Positions 57,327 to 64,000 of a stretch of 64,000 bases of DNA are shown here, piece after piece. Numbering within the stretch: position 1 is the stretch's first letter; every line of letters starts with the position of its first letter. A program made the position numbers and the translations under genes. A model generated the notes under the pieces. The model was not told the origin of the DNA, ran no database searches, and was given only the letters and a program-made list of their open reading frames with translations. This stretch comes from an uncultured Desulfobacteraceae bacterium (GTDB lineage Bacteria > Desulfobacterota > Desulfobacteria > Desulfobacterales > JAABSP01), in contig CAYSLC010000003.1 in the NCBI GenBank assembly GCA_964431545.1, positions 449 to 64,448 of the forward strand. The letters are read 5' to 3'.

Positions 57327-57471
57327 ACTTGCGCATCTAGGCGCACAATACATATCCCCCCCCTGTAATGTAGGGGTTTGCACCCATTTCCTTCCCGCGC
57401 CTTCTTTCGTATTCTTACAATCGGCGGCGGAATGGTTCCGTGTCCGACCATTGTGAAAGGAGGTATGTGAA

Positions 57472-57636
57472 ATGCTGAAATGGGCCGTGATCTTTTTCAT
57501 TATCGCCCTGATCGCCGCGGTGTTCGGCTTCGGCGGCATCGCGGGCGCGGCGGCGGGTATCGCCAAGATCCTGTTCGTCCTGTTCCTGATCCTGTTCGTG
57601 GTTTTCCTGGTGATGGGCAAACGGCCGGTGAGCTGA
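57472..57636 (+). CDS. DUF1328 (UPF0391/YtjA-like) small membrane protein, 54 aa
   Basis: [47 protein letters not shown] with AGGAGG RBS. Below the ORF-track cutoff. Confidence 0.92.
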   Translation: MLKWAVIFFIIALIAAVFGFGGIAGAAAGIAKILFVLFLILFVVFLVMGKRPVS

Positions 57637-57819
57637 CGGTAAAGAGTCGGAATCCTCAACAACCCTCGACACGGATGGACGATCGGCCCCGTCGGGGTCG
57701 TGCCGGATCGATCCGGTGCGATCCGGGGTCGACCGTCCATCCGGGGTTGGGGGAAAGGAAAAAAGGCACCGGCTTTTCAGAAGAAGAAGGGAAGGAGGGG
57801 CCGTTGCCGGGAGAAGCGT

Positions 57820-58035
57820 ATGCAGCTGAAGATCCCCATGTTTGTTATATTCCTGACCATGTTTCTGTTTGTGGCGACCCCCCTCGATATCTCCGGCGGC
57901 AAGCTGTTCGGCCTCCGGGGACCCGCCGATCCCCGGGCCACCCGCCTGGAGACGAGGCTCGCCACCGCCACGGACCTCGCACCGGCGCCGGAGGACGCGG
58001 CGATGGCGTCGAATACTCCGACGAAAACCCCGTAA
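57820..58035 (+). CDS. Small hypothetical protein with N-terminal hydrophobic helix
   Basis: MQLKIPMFVIFLTMFLFVATP.., 71 aa, GGAG-like RBS. No family recognised. Confidence 0.4.
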   Translation: MQLKIPMFVIFLTMFLFVATPLDISGGKLFGLRGPADPRATRLETRLATATDLAPAPEDAAMASNTPTKTP

Positions 58036-58052
58036 ATGGGGAGGGAGACGGA

Positions 58053-58742
58053 TTAAAAATCATTCATCTTCAATTTGATCCGGGCATCCACGACGACGCA
58101 CCGCTCCGGTGAGCAGATCACCGGATTGAGGTTGATGCTCTCCACCAGGCTGCTCGCCTGCGTCGCCATCTCCGAGGAGGCCATCAACAACCGGCTCAGC
58201 TCCTGGATGTTGATGGGCTGATCCCCGGAATCCTTCCTGAACAGCGGATAGAGACCCAGCTCCCGTATCATCGCCCTGACATCCCATTCCTCGATGGGCG
58301 GCAGTCGGAAGGTCACCTTCCGGTCCAGCCGGGGAGGCGCGTCCCCCACCCCCAGAAAAATCGCCGGCCCGCAGTGGTAATCGACCCGGGCGATCCCCAC
58401 GGTCAGTTCCAGGCCCGCCTGCATCTCTTCGATGAGGATCCCCGCGAATCCGCTGATCTTCCGGAAGCGGTCGTAAACATCGGCCAGTTCCTGGTCATCC
58501 TGGATCCCCAGTGCCACCCCCTGCCTGTCCGATTTGCAGAAGATGGCCGGGGAGACGACCTTGGCGGCCACCGGATACCCGATCCGACCGGCAAATGCCA
58601 CGGCGTCTTTTCGGTTCAGGGCCCAGACGAACTTGGGAACATCCAAGCCGGCCAGCCCCAGGAGCCGTTTCGCATCCGGCTCCAGAACCCGTCCATTGGT
58701 CCGGGACGCGGTGAGAATCTCTAAAACTTCAGCCGCTAACAT
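58053..58742 (-). CDS. Stand-alone ATP-grasp subunit of NDP-forming acyl-CoA synthetase
   Basis: LEPDAKRLL...GL.VP, GYPVAAKVVSP..KSD..GV.L.I, I.SINLNP.....VVDARI. RBS GGAGG before ATG 58742. Confidence 0.82.
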   Translation of the reverse strand: MLAAEVLEILTASRTNGRVLEPDAKRLLGLAGLDVPKFVWALNRKDAVAFAGRIGYPVAAKVVSPAIFCKSDRQGVALGIQDDQELADVYDRFRKISGFAGILIEEMQAGLELTVGIARVDYHCGPAIFLGVGDAPPRLDRKVTFRLPPIEEWDVRAMIRELGLYPLFRKDSGDQPINIQELSRLLMASSEMATQASSLVESINLNPVICSPERCVVVDARIKLKMNDF

Positions 58743-59079
58743 GGGCGACCTCCTCTCTCCCTCCTTCACCGGCGGTGGTTTCATCCGCTCCGGGGCGGAA
58801 GGGGCATTCAAAGTTGGAAGCAATCGATCGATCCTGTTTTACGAAAAAGGGGATCTGAAAACAATTGGGGAGAACACCTATTTTCCCATCGGTAAAACTA
58901 CCTAGCCGTCCGGGAGGCCCCCTTTGCCGACCCGCCGGCGGTTCATCCGGATCGGTTTTAAAATCAATCGCCTAGGACTTTACACGACGTATCCGATATG
59001 GTATTTTTTTCCGGAAAACGACGGCGGACGCCCGCTTCCGGGACAGGTTCCGCCGGAACCCGCGAATCAGGATAACACC

Positions 59080-60309
59080 ATGAAAAAATGGATCTTACTG
59101 GGGATGATGAGCTTCTGGATCGGGGCCGGTCCCGTTCCGGCCCTCGGGGAAGCGCCCATCCGGATCGGACTGATCTTCTCCATGAGCGGATTGGGGCAGG
59201 AGGCCAGCGGGGACGTGCTCCAGGGCGCCCGACTGGCCGTGGAGGAGATCAACCACGACGGCGGCGTGGCCGGGCGGCCCCTCGACGTCCTGCGGCTGGA
59301 CGACCAGAGCACCCCGATCGGGGCCCGTCAGGCGGCCCTCAAGGCGGTGGAGGCCGGGGTATCGGCGGTGGTGGGCACGAGCTGGAGTTCGCTCTCCCTG
59401 GTGATCGCCCCGATTCTCCAGCAGGCGGGGATCCCCATGGTCAGCCACGGCTCCACCCATCCGGACGTGACCCGGGTGGGGGATTACATCTTCCGGGTCT
59501 GCTTCTCCGACACCTTTCAGGGGGAGGTCCTGGCCCGGTTCGCCCGGGAGGATCTCGGGGCCCGCACGTCGGCCATTCTCGTCAACGCCAGTTCCGATTA
59601 CAGCATGGGGCTGGCCGAGGTCTTCCGGAAATCGTTCGCCGGGGCCGGCGGAACGGTCCTCTGGAAAGGAGCCTACCGAAAGGAGACCCTCGATTTCACC
59701 AAGACCCTGGCCCCCCTGTCTTCCCCGCCGGTTCCTTCGGCCATACCCGATGTCCTCTTCGTTCCGGGCCACTCCCGGGACAGCGCCCTCATCGTGAAGC
59801 AGGCCGCCGCCATGGGGATCCGGACCACCTTCCTGGGCGGGGATGCCTGGCAGGCCCTGGACCGGTACCCGGATACCGTCCAGGCGGCGGAGGGGGCCTA
59901 CTTCTGCAGCCAGTGGCACCCCGACGTCGCATCCGCCCGGAGCCGGGACCTGCGGGAACGGTTCCAGCGGCGGTACGGAAAGGAGATCACCGCCTACGGC
60001 CCGGTGTTGGTCTACGACGCGGTCACGCTGATCGCGGACGCCGCCCGCCGGGCCGGAAGCCCCGACCCGGGGCGGATCCGGGAGGCGCTGGCCGCCACCC
60101 GGGGATTCGAAGGGGTGTCGGGGCTTCTCACTTTCGACGACAACGGTGATCCCGTGGACAAACCGGCGGTGATCGTGACCTTCAAGGGGGGGCGGATGGT
60201 TTTGGTCCGGTCGATGGGCCATGGCCGCCCACACCCCCCGCCGCCCGCCCATCCGTTATCTCCATTGGGGGAAGATGAGAGCGAAAATCCGGCGGATGCG
60301 ACGTTATAG
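59080..60309 (+). CDS. Periplasmic substrate-binding protein (LivJ/LivK type I PBP)
   Basis: Signal peptide. IRIGLI.S.SG, EEIN..GGV.GR, ST.P.VT..GDYIFRVCFSD.FQG, G.SG..TFD..GD. Confidence 0.9.
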   Translation: MKKWILLGMMSFWIGAGPVPALGEAPIRIGLIFSMSGLGQEASGDVLQGARLAVEEINHDGGVAGRPLDVLRLDDQSTPIGARQAALKAVEAGVSAVVGTSWSSLSLVIAPILQQAGIPMVSHGSTHPDVTRVGDYIFRVCFSDTFQGEVLARFAREDLGARTSAILVNASSDYSMGLAEVFRKSFAGAGGTVLWKGAYRKETLDFTKTLAPLSSPPVPSAIPDVLFVPGHSRDSALIVKQAAAMGIRTTFLGGDAWQALDRYPDTVQAAEGAYFCSQWHPDVASARSRDLRERFQRRYGKEITAYGPVLVYDAVTLIADAARRAGSPDPGRIREALAATRGFEGVSGLLTFDDNGDPVDKPAVIVTFKGGRMVLVRSMGHGRPHPPPPAHPLSPLGEDESENPADATL

Positions 60310-61411
60310 CGTCCTGCTCCGGGCGCTCCTGGCGGGGATGGTTCTCGCCTCCGCGGCCGGGGCCGAAGCGGACGAATGCGTCAAGGTGGCGGCCATCTTC
60401 TCCCTCACGGGGGAAGGAGCGGCGGGCCAGCGTCAGACCATCGAGGGGATCCGCATCGCCGAGGCGGAGATCCGGAGTCGGAAGGGGGGCCCCTGCCTGC
60501 GGATGATCCTGCTCGACGATCGGAACACGCCCATCGGCGCCCATCTGGCCGCCGAAGCGGCGGTGGAAAAAAAGGTCTCGGCCATCGTGGGGCCCGCCCG
60601 GAGCACCAACGCGCTGATGGTGGCCAAGGTGGCCCAGGCCGGAGGGATTCCGGCCGTCGCCACCGCCGCCACCGACCCGGCGGTCACCCGAACCGGCCGC
60701 TGGATCTTCCGGGCCGGTTTCACGGACACCTTCCAGGGACGGATTCTGGCCGAGTTCGCCAGGGGGTGGCTCCGGGCCGAGACGGCGGTGATCGTGCGAA
60801 AGGTCAGCAGCGACTACAGCATCAGCCTTTCCAGGATCTTCCGGGAGACCTTCGAGGCGGCGGGGGGGCGGATCGCCGCGGAGATCGACTATCTCCGGCG
60901 GCACCGGGATTTTCAAAACCGCCTGGCCCCCCTCGAATCCCTGCCGGCCGACATCCTCTTCATTCCCGGCCATTCGGAGAGCGGGGCCATCGCCCGCCAG
61001 GCCGCGGAGATGGGGCTTTCGGCCATCCCCCTGGGCGGGGACGGATGGGCCTCCCAGAGCTTCCTTCAAAGGGGCGGGGCCGAGCTGAAACACGGCTACT
61101 ACCTCACCCACTGGTCGGCCGAAATCGACAGCCGCAGGAGCCGGGACTTCGTGGCCGCTTACGGGCCCCGGCACGACCTCAACCCCGGAATGGCCCTCTC
61201 CTACGATACCCTCCACCTTCTCTGGGACGCCGTGAAACGGGCCGGATCGCCGGCGCCGGAGGCGATCCGGGACGCCCTTGCCGCAACCCGGAACTTCCAC
61301 GGGGTCACCGGGCAGATCACCTTCGACGGAAACGGGGACCCGGTGAAACCGGCGGTGATCATGGAGATCGTCGACGGGATCCCGCGCATGGTCCGGAAGC
61401 TGACGCCGTGA
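60275..61411 (+). CDS. Second LivJ/LivK-type periplasmic substrate-binding protein
   Basis: ATDPAVT..G.WIFRAGFTD.FQG, ALSYD, F.GVTG.ITFD.NGDP.KPA. Overlaps both neighbours. Confidence 0.9.
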   Translation: MRAKIRRMRRYSVLLRALLAGMVLASAAGAEADECVKVAAIFSLTGEGAAGQRQTIEGIRIAEAEIRSRKGGPCLRMILLDDRNTPIGAHLAAEAAVEKKVSAIVGPARSTNALMVAKVAQAGGIPAVATAATDPAVTRTGRWIFRAGFTDTFQGRILAEFARGWLRAETAVIVRKVSSDYSISLSRIFRETFEAAGGRIAAEIDYLRRHRDFQNRLAPLESLPADILFIPGHSESGAIARQAAEMGLSAIPLGGDGWASQSFLQRGGAELKHGYYLTHWSAEIDSRRSRDFVAAYGPRHDLNPGMALSYDTLHLLWDAVKRAGSPAPEAIRDALAATRNFHGVTGQITFDGNGDPVKPAVIMEIVDGIPRMVRKLTP

Positions 61412-63930
61412 CCCCGGACGGGAATCGCCGCCGGCTGGCGTTCCAGATCTACACCGGCGTGGCCGGCGCCCTGATTCTCACGGGGGTGGTCTTCGGCGTC
61501 GCCTTCTACCTCATCGAGTCCCAGCGGTACGCCACCCTGGTGGAGACCGTGGCGCTTGCGGTGGACAGCATCGTGAAGGAGCACGAAACGGCCGTCGCCA
61601 ACGAGCTGTTCGTCCACCATCGGGAGGCCCTGGGGCTGATCGCCCTGGAGATGCGGGAGACCCGGGAGGTCATCGGCGTCACCATCCATGGACAGGACGG
61701 CCGGGTGCTGGTGGAATCGGTCGAGCCGGACCTCGCCGACCTCCGGTCCCGGATCGATCCCCCGGCCGCCGGGGCCCCCTATCAGGTCGAGCCCGGCCAC
61801 TTCCTGGACCGGCCCCTTCTGGTCTACACCCGGCCCATCATGATCATCGGAGAGCCCATGGGGTTCGTGCGGGTCTTCTACACCCTGGAGGCGATCCGGA
61901 ACAAGGCCCGACGCGCCGCGTTCCTCTTTCTGACCCTGTTTCTCGCGCTGCTTCTGGCGCTCTTCTTCATCATCCGGCACCTGCTGGACCGGCGCGTCAT
62001 CCGCCCGGTGGACGCCCTCCGACAGGGCATGGAGGCGGTCCGGGAAGGGGGGATGGGAAAGCAGATCGAGGGGATCGCCGAAAACGAGATCGGGGACCTG
62101 GCCCGGGCCTTCAACGAAATGTCCGGCACCAACGCCCGGATGTACCGGGAGCTTCGGGAGTTGAACGTTTCGCTGGAGCGGAAGGTGGCGGAGCGGACCG
62201 CCCAGGTGGAGAAGGCCAACCGGGCCAAAAGCCAATTTCTGGCCAACATGAGCCACGAGATCCGGACCCCCATGAACGCGGTACTCGGATTCGCCGAGAT
62301 CCTCCTGTCCAGAAGCCGGGATCCGGAGCACCGGAACTATCTGGAGACCATCCTGTCCAGCGGAAAAAGCCTGCTCACCCTCATCAACGACATCCTCGAC
62401 CTGTCCAAGATCGAGGCCGGCCGTCTGGAACTGTCCCGGGAGCCGGTGAACCTGGAGGGGCTGACCGCGGAAGTCCTCCGGATGTTCCGCCTCAAGGCCA
62501 AGGAGAAATCGATCGCCCTCGACGCCGAAATCTCTCCGGAGCTTCCCGAGTGGGTGGTCGGCGACGAGGTCCGCCTGCGCCAGGTGCTGATCAACCTGGT
62601 GGGAAACGCCGTCAAGTTCACCGACCAGGGCCGTGTGCGGCTGACCGTCCGCGGCGCGACCCCGGAGGAAGCCCGGACGCCGGCGTCCGTGGACCGGACC
62701 GCCGTGGTCTTCGAGGTGGCGGATACGGGCATCGGGATCTCCGTGGACCAGCAGGAGCGGATCTTCGACGCCTTCGAGCGGCAGAAGGACGCGGGCCGGG
62801 AGTCCGAGGGGACCGGGCTGGGGCTGGCCATCTCCGGGAAGCTGGTCGAAATGATGAACGGGGTCATCTCCGTGGAGAGCGGACCCGGGCGCGGCAGCCT
62901 GTTCCGGGTGATCCTGCGGGAGATGGCGGTGGCCGGCCGATCGTCCGGGCCGTCCCGCCGGGGATCGGCGGAATCCGGGACCCCGGTGGGGGAAGTCCTG
63001 TTCGAACCGGCCACCGTGCTGGTCACGGACGATGTTCGCACCAACCGGGAGCTGGTCCGGGCCTACCTCCGGGGGACCGGACTCACGGTGGCGGAGGCGG
63101 AGGACGGGGAGAAAGTCCTGGCCCTGTTCTCGTCCGGCGGCCCCCCCCCGGACCTGATCCTCATGGACCTTCGGCTTCCGGGGCTGGACGGCTACCAGCT
63201 CACGGAGATCCTGAAAAGCCGCGAACCGTCGCGCCGCGTCCCCGTCATCGCCTTCACCGCCCAGGCCATGACATCGGACCGGGAGAAGATCGCCACCCTC
63301 TTCGACGGATCCCTCTACAAACCCCTGGGACGGGAGGCTCTGGTGGCCGAATTGAAACGGTTCCTGCCGGTCCGGGGCGGGACGGGCGAAACCGCCCCGG
63401 GGGCCCACCGGGGGGTGGCGGCCCCGGGGGAGTCCGGGCCCCCCGCCCCGGAGCTTCGGGCGGCCCTGGAGGACGAGATGCTCCCCGCCTGGGAGGAGAT
63501 CGAGGATGTCTGTTATCTCGACGGGGTGGTCCGGTTCGCCGAGCGTCTGGGGGCGTTGGCGGACGCCCACGGGTCGGCGTCCCTGTCGGCCTATGCGGGG
63601 GAGCTGTCCCGCTGCGCCCACAACGTGCAGGTGGACGGCATGGAGCGGCTCATGGGGGCGTTCCCGGACCTGGTGGCATCGTTTCGGACCGCGGCCTCCA
63701 ATGGGGGGCGGCCGCTCATCCCGCCGCCCACCGACAACCTCCGGGAGCTGCGGCGGCTGGCCACGCTCGGCCTCATGGGCCGGGTGGAGGCGCACGCCAC
63801 GCGCCTGGCCGAGGCCGACGGCCGGTATCTGCCCTTTGCCGGCAGACTCCGGGCCCTGGCCCGGGATTTCGAGGACAGCCGGCTGATCGCCTTCATCGAC
63901 GGGTTCCTGGACGAGGGGGCGGCCTTGTGA
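61408..63930 (+). CDS. Membrane hybrid histidine kinase (TM-periplasmic-TM-HAMP-HisKA-HATPase-REC + helical Hpt-like tail)
   Basis: GTGA overlap start. KSQFLANMSHEIRTPMN, LINLVGNAVKFT, GTGLGLAI, receiver LILMDLRLP..KP. Confidence 0.9.
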   Translation: MTPDGNRRRLAFQIYTGVAGALILTGVVFGVAFYLIESQRYATLVETVALAVDSIVKEHETAVANELFVHHREALGLIALEMRETREVIGVTIHGQDGRVLVESVEPDLADLRSRIDPPAAGAPYQVEPGHFLDRPLLVYTRPIMIIGEPMGFVRVFYTLEAIRNKARRAAFLFLTLFLALLLALFFIIRHLLDRRVIRPVDALRQGMEAVREGGMGKQIEGIAENEIGDLARAFNEMSGTNARMYRELRELNVSLERKVAERTAQVEKANRAKSQFLANMSHEIRTPMNAVLGFAEILLSRSRDPEHRNYLETILSSGKSLLTLINDILDLSKIEAGRLELSREPVNLEGLTAEVLRMFRLKAKEKSIALDAEISPELPEWVVGDEVRLRQVLINLVGNAVKFTDQGRVRLTVRGATPEEARTPASVDRTAVVFEVADTGIGISVDQQERIFDAFERQKDAGRESEGTGLGLAISGKLVEMMNGVISVESGPGRGSLFRVILREMAVAGRSSGPSRRGSAESGTPVGEVLFEPATVLVTDDVRTNRELVRAYLRGTGLTVAEAEDGEKVLALFSSGGPPPDLILMDLRLPGLDGYQLTEILKSREPSRRVPVIAFTAQAMTSDREKIATLFDGSLYKPLGREALVAELKRFLPVRGGTGETAPGAHRGVAAPGESGPPAPELRAALEDEMLPAWEEIEDVCYLDGVVRFAERLGALADAHGSASLSAYAGELSRCAHNVQVDGMERLMGAFPDLVASFRTAASNGGRPLIPPPTDNLRELRRLATLGLMGRVEAHATRLAEADGRYLPFAGRLRALARDFEDSRLIAFIDGFLDEGAAL

Positions 63931-64000
63931 GGCGGGGGGCCATGGAACACCGGCGCGCCTTCATCGGCGGGCCGCTAAAAAACCCGATGTTTCCGGTCGG

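Noticed and set aside
63942-64000. Possible start of a next gene (MEHRRAF...) at the window end
   Set aside because: Only ~19 codons are visible and no family signal is present.

Overview
A GC-rich bacterial chromosomal segment. Its gene content and protein styles point to a Desulfobacterota / Desulfobacterales-like deltaproteobacterium, which is an inference. About 45 genes can be supported. The housekeeping backbone comprises ribE-ribBA-ribH-nusB-trpB2, a PrmA-like methyltransferase, a CoA-disulfide reductase, an RND efflux pair, an AsmA/YhdP-like protein, a SWIM-SNF2 helicase, AmmeMemoRadiSam protein B, a CHASE2 cyclase, a DisA_N-type cyclase and creBC. Lower-GC conflict or accessory modules interrupt this backbone: four small toxin-antitoxin pairs, a 5.2 kb AAA-nuclease/ankyrin/AAA-nuclease cassette bounded by ~170 bp direct repeats, an ABC-ATPase + PIN pair, an orphan M.BamHI-like methyltransferase, and a 1395 aa TIR-metallophosphoesterase-NACHT-FGE (NLR-like) protein. 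The best candidates for undescribed systems are three: (i) the dual-effector NLR-like protein, (ii) the ABC-ATPase/PIN pair, and (iii) a creBC-linked VIT-VWA-PEP-CTERM + exosortase K operon preceded by a four-unit cre-tag-like array. No rRNA, tRNA, CRISPR array, integrase or intact transposase was recognised. Many long ORFs in the supplied track are GC-rich antisense or alternate-frame shadows and were ignored. All family assignments come from motif recognition by eye; no database searches were run.
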